A DNA stretch of 56,723 nucleotides, filler included, from Candidatus Woesearchaeota archaeon (lineage in GTDB: Archaea; Nanobdellota; Nanobdellia; Woesearchaeales; CAZJJJ01), in assembly GCA_046538795.1 (NCBI GenBank). It is 4 parts of 4 records of this genome, joined end to end, with 100 filler letters (N's around TTAATTAATTAA, not from the genome) between each part and the next. Parts side by side here need not be neighbours in the genome. Positions count along the whole stretch, not along the records: positions 18,267 to 35,544 come from JBKHIF010000027.1; 3 more parts are not named here. One strand, 5' to 3'. The notes under the pieces are model-generated. The model did no database searches, was not told the origin of the DNA, and was given only the letters and a program-made list of their open reading frames with translations. Both the position numbers and the translations under genes were made by a program. Positions 20,281 through 29,325 of the stretch are shown in pieces; positions within the stretch are counted from its first letter, which is position 1; each line of letters starts with the position of its first letter.

Positions 20281-21480
20281 TTATCTTATCATAGGCTTTA
20301 TCTTTTCGACAACTTCTCTTGCGATTTGAAGCTCTTCGTTTGTAGGGATTACAAAAACCTTTGCTTTGGAAGATGGTGATGATATTACTGTACTTGATGA
20401 GGTATTCTTCCTTCCGTCTATCTTTACACCTGCATAAGAAAGATTATCACACACTGATTTTCTTATGTAATGAGCCTTTTCACCCATGCCGCCTGAAAAT
20501 ACTATCGCATCAACACCATTCAGAATACCGATATAAGAAGATATTATCTTAACAAGAGAATACTCAACCATCTCAAGAGCAAGTATTGCTTTCTTGTTTT
20601 TCTTTCTTGAAAGGTTATAGATGTCTCTCATGTCGCTTGTCATTCCGGTTATGCCAAGAAAACCAGACTGCTTGTTAAGTATCTTGTCCATCTCCTGAGA
20701 GGAAATCTTGTACTTTTTCATAAGAAAAAGCAAAGCACCAGGATCGATTGAACCGCTTCTTGTACCCATAGGAAGACCATCAAGAGGAGTAAAACCCATA
20801 GATGTGTCCTGACATTCACCATTTAAAGATGCTGCAACACTGCTCCCATTGCCAAGATGGCATGTTATGATCTTAAGATTCTTCTTGTTATTCATAAGTT
20901 TTGTAGCTTCAGACACAAGATACTTATGAGACGTTCCATGGAAACCATATTTTCTTACCTTGTCTTTCTGAGTATAACTCTCGGGTATTGCATAAGTGAA
21001 AGCCTTCTCAGGCATTGTCTGATGAAAAGAGGTATCGAATACAGCAACCTGTTTTGTATCAGGAAGGTATTTTTTGCAAGCCATAATACCCTGAAGATTA
21101 GCAGGATTATGCAAAGGAGCAAGTTCAGAAAATATCTTTAGGTAGCTTATGGCAGAGCCATCTATAAGTGCAGGCGACTTGTAATAATCACCGCCATGAA
21201 CAACCCTGTGTCCTATGACATCGATGTCTTTCAACGGCTCGCAGATATTGTTCTTTTTAAGAGATTTAAGAGCAGTCTTTACAGCCTCATTATGGGTTGA
21301 GATTTCAGCTGCATCTTTGACCTTGTTCTTGTTATATTCATAATGATACTCGCAGCGATCCATGCCTATGCAGTCGATAAGGCCTTTTATCATGACCTTG
21401 TGCGAAGAAAGATCGTCCTCCATATCAAAAAGCTGATACTTTAAAGAAGAGCTTCCTGAATTGATAACAAATACTTTCAT
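20281..21480 (-). CDS. ackA: Acetate kinase
   Basis: VINSGSSSLK, GHRVVHGG, APLHNP, KYGFHGTSH, HLGNGSS and PTNEEL motifs. Confidence 0.95.
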   Translation of the reverse strand: MKVFVINSGSSSLKYQLFDMEDDLSSHKVMIKGLIDCIGMDRCEYHYEYNKNKVKDAAEISTHNEAVKTALKSLKKNNICEPLKDIDVIGHRVVHGGDYYKSPALIDGSAISYLKIFSELAPLHNPANLQGIMACKKYLPDTKQVAVFDTSFHQTMPEKAFTYAIPESYTQKDKVRKYGFHGTSHKYLVSEATKLMNNKKNLKIITCHLGNGSSVAASLNGECQDTSMGFTPLDGLPMGTRSGSIDPGALLFLMKKYKISSQEMDKILNKQSGFLGITGMTSDMRDIYNLSRKKNKKAILALEMVEYSLVKIISSYIGILNGVDAIVFSGGMGEKAHYIRKSVCDNLSYAGVKIDGRKNTSSSTVISSPSSKAKVFVIPTNEELQIAREVVEKIKPMIR

Positions 21481-21567
21481 CTTAACTCTATTTTTGAAAG
21501 AAATCATATTTAAATGTTATGAAAGAGCAATTCTGTAGTCCCAAAAGAACCAGATAAGTAAAAAAAA

Positions 21568-21867
21568 TCATAATATTATTTTCATCTTATTATATATATA
21601 GTGAAATTTTTTAAGATAATCATCATAATGAGTTTTATTTTCAGTCTTTAGATCTCCAAAAGTTTCTGCAACTATTTCTCCCATGTCAATAAGATTCATG
21701 CCGGAATCCATAACAGACAAATAATTACCTTTTCTATGAATATGCTGACCACTATACCTTTCAACCTCAAGTCTTGTATTATTTAAAAGAGTTCTTAGAG
21801 GCCTATTGTCAAGCTCTTTTGCAATCTGATCTATGCTTTTTGGCGGTAACCTATATCTATCAGTCAT
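21568..21867 (-). CDS. Hypothetical protein
   Basis: 99-aa ORF with upstream GGGG RBS-like sequence. Confidence 0.55.
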   Translation of the reverse strand: MTDRYRLPPKSIDQIAKELDNRPLRTLLNNTRLEVERYSGQHIHRKGNYLSVMDSGMNLIDMGEIVAETFGDLKTENKTHYDDYLKKFHYIYNKMKIIL

Positions 21868-22013
21868 TTTCCCCCGACGACAAAATTAAATTATTATAAT
21901 TATATCTTGGATTATACATATATAAATCTTTCGTTTTTATACCCCTTCACAGTAGTTATTAATTCAAGAAACAAAACAAAATCCTTTTAAAATAGATTCA
22001 AATTACCATTTTT

Positions 22014-22658
22014 ATGGACGCGAAAGATCCTTATGAAGGCACAAAACTTATTCTTGTAAGGCACGGAGAAACAGAACTAAACAAGCTTTCTATGGTGCAG
22101 GGAGCTGATTCCAGTCTTTCAGAACTTGGAATTAAGCAGGCACAAGCTCTTGGAAAGAGGCTTTCACAATCATTCAATATTGATCTTGTATGCTGCAGCA
22201 CCCTTTACAGGGCAAAACAGACAGCAGATAAAATTACGAAGATCATAGGCTGCAACAATATCACATATTCTGATTCTTTGGTTGAAAGAAGCTGTGGATC
22301 ATGGCTCGGAAAATCATGGCAGCAGATATATGAAGAAAACCCTGATCTCCTTAAAGCAAGAAAAAATCTTCTTGATTTCACTCCAGAAGGTGGAGAGACT
22401 CTTGAGATGGTTGAAAAAAGGATGATGCCATTCATAGAAAAAATAATTGAAGAAAATAAAGGCAAAAATATACTTATAGTATCTCACGGAACAGCACTAA
22501 GAGCTCTTCTTGGCTATTATCTTGGGATAGATTATGGAAGGCGTTATCTCCTAAGCAAAGAAAACTGTTCAATAAGCATTGTAGAATACTACAAAGGGAG
22601 ATTCACTGTTCCAAGAATAAATGATCATGCACATATTGAGGGGATTATAGATGAATAA
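22014..22658 (+). CDS. Histidine phosphatase superfamily (phosphoglycerate mutase-like)
   Basis: LVRHGET, RAKQTA, GGET and VSHG motifs. Confidence 0.9.
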   Translation: MDAKDPYEGTKLILVRHGETELNKLSMVQGADSSLSELGIKQAQALGKRLSQSFNIDLVCCSTLYRAKQTADKITKIIGCNNITYSDSLVERSCGSWLGKSWQQIYEENPDLLKARKNLLDFTPEGGETLEMVEKRMMPFIEKIIEENKGKNILIVSHGTALRALLGYYLGIDYGRRYLLSKENCSISIVEYYKGRFTVPRINDHAHIEGIIDE

Positions 22659-23193
22659 CGAAGAAAATAATGAGATTGAAGTAAAGGTAATTGAGATAAA
22701 AAAAGAAAGGATAATACCCATGATAGAAGAACTAGGTGGAGAGAAGATCTTTGATGATATTATAGAAGGCTCTGCCTATGATTATGATGATAACAGGCTT
22801 AGAAAATCAAAAAAGCTTTTAAGATTAAGAAAAGAAGGAGAAACTCCATTTCTTGTCCTAAAACAACTTGTAAGCAAAGATGATGTAAAGATATGCAAAG
22901 AATTTGAGCTTGAAGTTGAAGATCATGAGACGATGAAACTTATTCTTGAAAATATCGGCCTTAAGCCAAAGACAAAAATGAAAAAAAGAAGAACATCATA
23001 CAGAATCCACGGCGCAAAGTTTGAATTTGACAAATACCTTGATGAAAACAGCCATATACCTGAATTTATGGAAATTGAAGCTCTTGACAAAGAAAAATTA
23101 TTCAGTTATGCAGAACATCTCGGACTCAAAAAAGAGGATCTCAAGGCATGGTCAGGCGGCGATCTGATAAAATACTATTCAGACAAAAAATAA
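22651..23193 (+). CDS. CYTH domain protein (CyaB-like triphosphate tunnel metalloenzyme)
   Basis: EIEVK, LLRLR, KRRTSY and FMEIE motifs. Confidence 0.88.
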   Translation: MNNEENNEIEVKVIEIKKERIIPMIEELGGEKIFDDIIEGSAYDYDDNRLRKSKKLLRLRKEGETPFLVLKQLVSKDDVKICKEFELEVEDHETMKLILENIGLKPKTKMKKRRTSYRIHGAKFEFDKYLDENSHIPEFMEIEALDKEKLFSYAEHLGLKKEDLKAWSGGDLIKYYSDKK

Positions 23194-23199
23194 CTTTTT

Positions 23200-23580
23200 T
23201 TAGAATTTATGTGCAAGAGGAAGATCACACACCTTGCATTTGTAATCGATTGCAGAACCTCCTCTGTAAGAAATCTCCTGCGGACTTGAAAGAACAATTC
23301 CGCAGTCAGGGCATGAATACGCGACAACTTCAAAATTCCCATCATCTCTTTTGACCGCGTACAGATCAAATTCCCGCTCTGATATGTTGAATCCGGACCT
23401 GTCTAAGATTATTACATCTTTTCCCAGAGAAGAAACAATCTCATCAATAGAACCTGCCAAGATACCGAGATTCCGGCCAAGATCAAGCTTTCTTTTTTTA
23501 ATAGAATTCTCACAGTCTTTTAGCACGTCATCAGTTTCATATGCATTTTTTAGTGCAGAAACATTTTCTGAAAAACCCAT
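23200..23580 (-). CDS. Hypothetical protein with C-terminal zinc ribbon
   Basis: CPDC...CKVC; start placed at MGFSEN. Confidence 0.65.
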   Translation of the reverse strand: MGFSENVSALKNAYETDDVLKDCENSIKKRKLDLGRNLGILAGSIDEIVSSLGKDVIILDRSGFNISEREFDLYAVKRDDGNFEVVAYSCPDCGIVLSSPQEISYRGGSAIDYKCKVCDLPLAHKF

Positions 23581-23646
23581 GATAAAAAAAGCAGTCGAGG
23601 TAATATAAATATATTGTTGTAAAAAAAAATCTATTTTGGGAGGATA

Positions 23647-23857
23647 ATAACTCAAATCGATGGATATTCCCCGAACTAAATGAAAGGGTGCCCAAAACTG
23701 GGTGCCTCACAGGGGTACTCTTCGAGCACACCTGCGGTGCATTGATCCAAAGGAGTACCCTTTCAGGGCAAACCACACAAAAACGAAAAGAAATTTTTTT
23801 AAATTTCTGCGCACATTGAAACAAGATTTCAATCGTGTTTCATGCGAAATTTTCAAA
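23647..23857 (+). repeat. Dispersed structured repeat, copy 1 (long form with ~70-nt internal insert)
   Basis: Core GTACCCTTTCAGGGCAAACC...CATGCGAAATTTTCAA is nearly identical to copies at ~25.6 kb and ~45.7 kb. Confidence 0.92.
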
Positions 23858-23867
23858 AATCAGACAA

Positions 23868-24854
23868 CTATTTCTTGTCTGCACCCTGGGCCTGTACAGC
23901 TGTTATTGCGCATACATTAACCACATCTTCAGTATCACACCCTCTTGAGAGATCGTTCACGGGTTTTTTAAGCCCCTGGATTATGGGTCCTAAAGCCTCT
24001 GCTCCTGCAAGCCTCTGAACAAGCTTGTAGCCTATATTTCCTGAGTTCAGATCAGGAAAAATAAGAATGTTCGCATCTCCTTTCAATGGAGAATCCGGTG
24101 CTTTTGAACCTGCAACCTTTGGAACTATAGCAGAATCAAGCTGAAGCTCGCCATCCACAACCAGTTCAGGCTCTTTTTCTTTTACAAGCGTAGTTGCATT
24201 GATAATCTTATCGACCTTTTCATGCTTGGCGCTTCCTTTTGTCGAGAATGAAAGCATAGCAACCCTGGGCTCTATGCCAAAGAATCTTGCAGAATCTGCA
24301 GTCGATCTTGCAATATCGCAAAGCTCTTCTGAAGACGGATCAATCACAAACCCGCAATCAGCAAACAAGAAGAGTTTTTCAGGCAGAGCCATGAAAAAAA
24401 AGCTTGAAGCAATATTTACACATTCTTTTGTCTTTATTATCTGGAGAGCAGGGCGGAGAGTATCAGATGTTGCATGCGCTGCTCCTGAAACAAGTCCGTC
24501 TGCCATTCCTTTATATAGCATCATAGTACCGAAATAAACAGGATCCTTCATGATTTCTTCAGCATTTTCAGGAGTCATTCCCTTTTTTTTCCTAAGCTCA
24601 TAAAATTCATTTGAAAACGATTTAAGATTTTCATCATGCAAGGGATCACGCACTTCAAGTCCTGATATGTCTGCGCTGAATTCCCTAGCCTTTTCCTCTA
24701 TTTTCTGCCTGTCTCCTATAAGGATAGGTTCAGCTATTTTATTCTTTTTCAGTCTTACTGCCGCCTTTAAAATTCTCTCATCAGATGATTCAGGAAGAAC
24801 TATTTTTTTGAGATCTGACTTTGCCTTTTCGATTATCGAAGTTATGAAATCCAT
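23868..24854 (-). CDS. pta: Phosphate acetyltransferase
   Basis: [34 protein letters not shown] and PVNDLSRGC motifs. Confidence 0.95.
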   Translation of the reverse strand: MDFITSIIEKAKSDLKKIVLPESSDERILKAAVRLKKNKIAEPILIGDRQKIEEKAREFSADISGLEVRDPLHDENLKSFSNEFYELRKKKGMTPENAEEIMKDPVYFGTMMLYKGMADGLVSGAAHATSDTLRPALQIIKTKECVNIASSFFFMALPEKLFLFADCGFVIDPSSEELCDIARSTADSARFFGIEPRVAMLSFSTKGSAKHEKVDKIINATTLVKEKEPELVVDGELQLDSAIVPKVAGSKAPDSPLKGDANILIFPDLNSGNIGYKLVQRLAGAEALGPIIQGLKKPVNDLSRGCDTEDVVNVCAITAVQAQGADKK

Positions 24855-25063
24855 ATAAAATATTTTACCAAGCAGGTTTATTAATTTTTTGTTGATTTAT
24901 CCCTTATTGTGTTATCCCTTTTCGCAATCCAGAAAAAATAAAACATGCAATATAAATATCTGAGATACTCATTTAAACATTTCTTTTATATATAGCGCGC
25001 TATATTTTTCCTTCAACGCAAGAAATCCAATAACAACAAGCAAATTCTAATGAGGTGGGTATA

Positions 25064-25603
25064 ATGAAAAAATATTTTATGATGTTGTTTACAATGACAT
25101 TGCTTATGTCTATTTTCGTAGCTGGGTGTACCATGTCTTCACAGACAACAGATCCTGATGACAACATCCAGGCCACAGAAAATGAAAACGCCAACAATGA
25201 CATTACAGATGATACTGATAAAGCAAACCAGGAAATGGGTGAAACTGATGTTGATGATATGATGAACGACAACAATATGATTGAGAATAACATGGACGAT
25301 GAAACTTCTGGTTCTGTAAAGACATTCAAAATAACAGGAGTAAACTTTGATTTTATGATGGATGGTGAAACAGCTCCTGATATCAGGGTTAATCATGGAA
25401 ATACAGTAATAATAGAATTCACCAGCACAGATGGCTTCCATGACTGGGTTGTAGATGAATTTGATTCTGCGACAGAACAAGTCAGCACAGGAGAATCTAC
25501 TTCGGTTGAATTTATCGCTGATCAGAGAGGCACTTTTGAATATTATTGTAGTGTCGGAAACCACAGACAGATGGGAATGGTCGGAAACCTCATTGTTGAA
25601 TAG
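25064..25603 (+). CDS. Cupredoxin (blue copper) lipoprotein
   Basis: Lipobox-like VAGC, acidic linker, GFHDW and YYCSVGNHRQMGMVG (His/Cys/His/Met copper ligands). Confidence 0.85.
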   Translation: MKKYFMMLFTMTLLMSIFVAGCTMSSQTTDPDDNIQATENENANNDITDDTDKANQEMGETDVDDMMNDNNMIENNMDDETSGSVKTFKITGVNFDFMMDGETAPDIRVNHGNTVIIEFTSTDGFHDWVVDEFDSATEQVSTGESTSVEFIADQRGTFEYYCSVGNHRQMGMVGNLIVE

Positions 25604-25606
25604 CAA

Positions 25607-25753
25607 AAAACCAAAACCGATGGCTATTCCCTGACCTGCTCGAATAGTACCCTTTCAGGGCAAACCCCACAAAAACGAAAAGAAATTTTTTAAATTTCTG
25701 CGCACATTGAAACAAGATTTCAATCGTGTTTCATGTGAAATTTTCAATAAAAA
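25607..25753 (+). repeat. Dispersed structured repeat, copy 2
   Basis: Same core as 23647-23857, without the insert. Confidence 0.92.
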
Positions 25754-25881
25754 TATCATTTTGCAATTATTTGCAATTATTTATTTTTTGTATTCTTTTT
25801 TGCCTGGCAGATGATTTTCATAAGAAAAATATATAAATGAATAAAGTCCAATTCTAATATATATTAAAATTATAAAGACGG

Positions 25882-27186
25882 TTGATTCTATTGGCAGAAG
25901 ACTTGACAAAACAGATTGACAGCAGCACAGAATTTTTTGACATAATATGTTCTTCAAAAGACTGCGCTCCTGAAATGAAAAAAAAACTATTAAGATCCAA
26001 AAGAGCAAGCGCAGTTTTCTATCCAAAAAACAAAAATGAAGTAAGAAAGATCCTCATGAACTACAAGTGCGTAATAAGAGGAGGAGGGTCTTCCTATTTA
26101 GGACAAGTCATACCTGATCACGATGAAGTTATAATCGATATGTCACGATTTGACTCTGTAAAAATATACAATGATTATGCTATAATAGGAGGAGGAGTCC
26201 CTTTTTCAGATATAATCAAGAAAACTGCTCAGGAAAACAAAGAGCTAAAAAGTTTTCCTCTTTCATACAGAAGTGCAACACCAGCCGGTTTTCTTTCTTG
26301 TGGAGGCAGGGCAGGGATAGGTTCTCCAGAGAATGGATATTTTTCTGAAAATATTGATGAAATTGAAGTTGTTACTCCAAACAGCGAGATCCTGAGAATC
26401 AAGGGAACTGAGATAGATGATTTCTCTGGCTCAGAAGGACTTCTCGGAGCCATAACAGAGATGAAAATAAAGATACAGCCCAAAAAGATAAGACACCTTC
26501 ACATGTATGGTTTTGACTCAAGGATTGATCTTGAAAGATTCTTTGAAGAGACAAAAGATATAAGATTTGCATATTTTTTCAACAAGATCGCTGCAGACAG
26601 GCTAAACGATAAATGGAAACTAAAGACAGTGCCTGCCTACACCATGATATGCCAGGACCTAAACGACAAAGACGATTATAGACGAGAATACAGAGAAGAC
26701 CTTGCAAAAAGAGGCATCTCTTTCATATATCCTAAATGGATACTTGAACTTGAGTCAAAACGCATGAATATGCTTGATTTCATGATAAAGGATTCAAGGA
26801 ACAATATCCACATAGCTGATGGGATCGGGTCTGTTGATAAGACTCTTCATGCATTGCGCCATGTAGAAAAACACAATCTTCCTGCGTACGGAATGCTTGG
26901 AAAAGACGAGATTCTAATAAGAATATATGCAGACTGCAAAGATTTTCTTGACAAGCAAAAATTCCTTATGATAATGGACAACATCTATAGAAGCATTGAA
27001 CCGGCATCAAAAGGAAGATTCTTCAGAAGCTACATCTCAGGAAAAGATAAAAAACATCTCCAGGTAACAATCAACAAATATAATGTTCCGGGCCACCTTA
27101 ACTTAAGGCAAAACCTGAACAAAAACATTCTTGTAAAAAAGATAATTTCGCCTCTTCTGATATCAATGGGTGGTAAGCTATGGTAA
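25882..27186 (+). CDS. FAD-binding oxidoreductase, GlcD/D-lactate dehydrogenase-like, divergent
   Basis: IRGGGSSYLG and GSEGLLGAITE (PCMH-type FAD domain). Confidence 0.75.
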   Translation: MILLAEDLTKQIDSSTEFFDIICSSKDCAPEMKKKLLRSKRASAVFYPKNKNEVRKILMNYKCVIRGGGSSYLGQVIPDHDEVIIDMSRFDSVKIYNDYAIIGGGVPFSDIIKKTAQENKELKSFPLSYRSATPAGFLSCGGRAGIGSPENGYFSENIDEIEVVTPNSEILRIKGTEIDDFSGSEGLLGAITEMKIKIQPKKIRHLHMYGFDSRIDLERFFEETKDIRFAYFFNKIAADRLNDKWKLKTVPAYTMICQDLNDKDDYRREYREDLAKRGISFIYPKWILELESKRMNMLDFMIKDSRNNIHIADGIGSVDKTLHALRHVEKHNLPAYGMLGKDEILIRIYADCKDFLDKQKFLMIMDNIYRSIEPASKGRFFRSYISGKDKKHLQVTINKYNVPGHLNLRQNLNKNILVKKIISPLLISMGGKLW

Positions 27187-28385
27187 AAATTGATGTGATA
27201 AAACTTAACAAAGACTACCAAAGACGCCATCAAGTAAGACAGGTGAAAGAAAAATTTGACAAGGTTATAGACCGCTTTAAAGATTCAGAATATATTGAAG
27301 AATTCAAAAAATGCGTCCAGTGCGGATATTGCCGAAACACCAGTGCAGCATACCACATCCATAAAAAAGAATCAGAATCTCATCCTGGAAAGATGTTTAT
27401 AATAAAAAATTTCATGAAGAAAGATAACAAAAAGATGATTCTTGATACAGTCTATCACATGACATTAGCAGGCTATGCTGAAAATGTCTGCCCGGCAGGC
27501 ATAAGGCATGAATTTGCATGGAATGAACTAAGAAAAGACTTCTACTCATTAGCTAAAGAAACATATCCAAAGCTTAAAGAAGCCTTGGAAAACCTTAATG
27601 ATCCTGAAAAAAACAACATATTTGGAAAGAAAAAAAGCACAAAATTCAACTGGATGTCAGAGATCGAACACAGGAGATCTGATTTTCTTTATTATGTAGG
27701 CAGTAATGATCTGCTAAACAACCGTGATCGTGTGAGAAGGATGCTTTGGATATTAAACAAGTTTTCAATACCATACACAATCTCAAAATTCGAGACAGAT
27801 TCAGGCTATATTGCAAAACTTGCAGGGGATCAGGATACAGAAGAAAAATGTGCAAAAAGACTAAAGGATCTTGTAGGAGATTTGCTTTTCAAAAAGATCA
27901 TCGTAAGCTGTCCTTTTGAGTTCAGGAGATTAAGGGATATTTTTGATGACGAGCATGTGGAAGTCATCCATATCATGGAAATAATATCAAACAAACTTAA
28001 AATACTTGGAAGCAAAAAAGTGAGGCACATCAAGGCAAGATGCGCTTATCTGGATAATTTTTATCTTTCAGAATATTATCCATCTTCAATGCCCAGGGAG
28101 ATCTTAAGAAACATCGGTTGTGATATTGTAGAAAAATCTCATTCAAAGCAGGAATCTTTCAGTTCAGGCGCAGGAGACTGTTTTGAGTTAGTATTTCCAT
28201 ACGATGCAGAACAGATAGCAAAAATACATCTTAAGGAAGCTCAGGATGCAAAGGCAGAATATCTTGTGACAAGCGATTCATTTGCACAAAAGCTGCTCTC
28301 AGACACAGCAAAAAAAACAAAATCAAAGGTTAAGGTTATAGATCTCTCGGCTTTGGTTGTAAAAGCGATCAAATGGGCTGTATGA
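27180..28385 (+). CDS. Fe-S oxidoreductase GlcF/HdrD-like (CCG domains), degenerate
   Basis: CVQCGYC, VCPAGI and VSCP remain, but most other Cys ligands are substituted. Confidence 0.75.
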   Translation: MVKIDVIKLNKDYQRRHQVRQVKEKFDKVIDRFKDSEYIEEFKKCVQCGYCRNTSAAYHIHKKESESHPGKMFIIKNFMKKDNKKMILDTVYHMTLAGYAENVCPAGIRHEFAWNELRKDFYSLAKETYPKLKEALENLNDPEKNNIFGKKKSTKFNWMSEIEHRRSDFLYYVGSNDLLNNRDRVRRMLWILNKFSIPYTISKFETDSGYIAKLAGDQDTEEKCAKRLKDLVGDLLFKKIIVSCPFEFRRLRDIFDDEHVEVIHIMEIISNKLKILGSKKVRHIKARCAYLDNFYLSEYYPSSMPREILRNIGCDIVEKSHSKQESFSSGAGDCFELVFPYDAEQIAKIHLKEAQDAKAEYLVTSDSFAQKLLSDTAKKTKSKVKVIDLSALVVKAIKWAV

Positions 28386-28431
28386 ACTAATGGGGAAAGG
28401 TTTTTATAGATATCCTTATATGTCAGAATCA

Positions 28432-29154
28432 ATGAAATCTATAAGATCATTTCTGATTCTGGTATTATTTATCATGATTTTCTTTAGCTGCATAACATAT
28501 GCAGCAACCATATCAGGAACTGTTTATGATACTGAGCTTGAACCAGCAGAGAATACAATAATATACATAAACACAATACCTAAACAGACAATAGTCTCAA
28601 AAGATGCAGATTATTCTTTCAATGTGCCCTCGGGAAACTATAATATAGAAGCGAAAAAGGGCGATTTCTATACCAATGAAACAATAACTGTTGACGAAGA
28701 TGGTAATTATGTTCTTGATCTCATATTATGGCCATCATTTGAAGAAGAAGACGAAATTTTATCTAATATTGACACAATAGAAGAACAGCAGGAATCTCTT
28801 CCTGAAATAAACTCTGAAAAACAAACATTCAATTATATTCTGGCAATAATCGCTGTACTGATACTTTATGTTTTATTCATAAAGAGAAAAAAAATAATAA
28901 TGTTATTCAGAAAAAAAAGACAGATAAAAACACCTATTAAAAATAATAATCCAAACAAAAACGATGAAGGATATGCAGAAAAAATAATTTCATTTTTGAA
29001 AAAAGAAGATGGCAGGGCAACACAAAAAGACATAAGGAAAATAATACCTCTTTCTGAAGCGAAAATATCACTCCTTCTGGCAGAACTTGAACACGACAGG
29101 CGAATAAAAAAATTCAGGAAAGGACGTTCAAACATAATAGTCCTAAAAGAATAA
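28432..29154 (+). CDS. Membrane-anchored protein with extracellular beta-sandwich and C-terminal winged HTH
   Basis: Signal peptide, ATISGTVYD, TM helix, then TQKDIRK...SEAKISLLLAELE...KGRSNII. Confidence 0.8.
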   Translation: MKSIRSFLILVLFIMIFFSCITYAATISGTVYDTELEPAENTIIYINTIPKQTIVSKDADYSFNVPSGNYNIEAKKGDFYTNETITVDEDGNYVLDLILWPSFEEEDEILSNIDTIEEQQESLPEINSEKQTFNYILAIIAVLILYVLFIKRKKIIMLFRKKRQIKTPIKNNNPNKNDEGYAEKIISFLKKEDGRATQKDIRKIIPLSEAKISLLLAELEHDRRIKKFRKGRSNIIVLKE

Positions 29155-29325
29155 AGCACCTTCTACTCATCTGGAGATTTCATATAAGAAACCCTGGGAA
29201 GACTCTCCCGAGAGAGAATCTTCCTGGGGAAAAAGAGGTGATTATGAAAAAATCAATAAGAAAAGGGAGCTTTAAACAATATTTAAACGTTTCGGTTTTT
29301 AGTATTCTCCAGTAGTTAAACCAAA

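Noticed and set aside
23537..23920. Short ORFs over the dispersed repeat (also 45678-45866)
   Set aside because: The frames are not conserved among the three copies, so these are by-products of the repeat.
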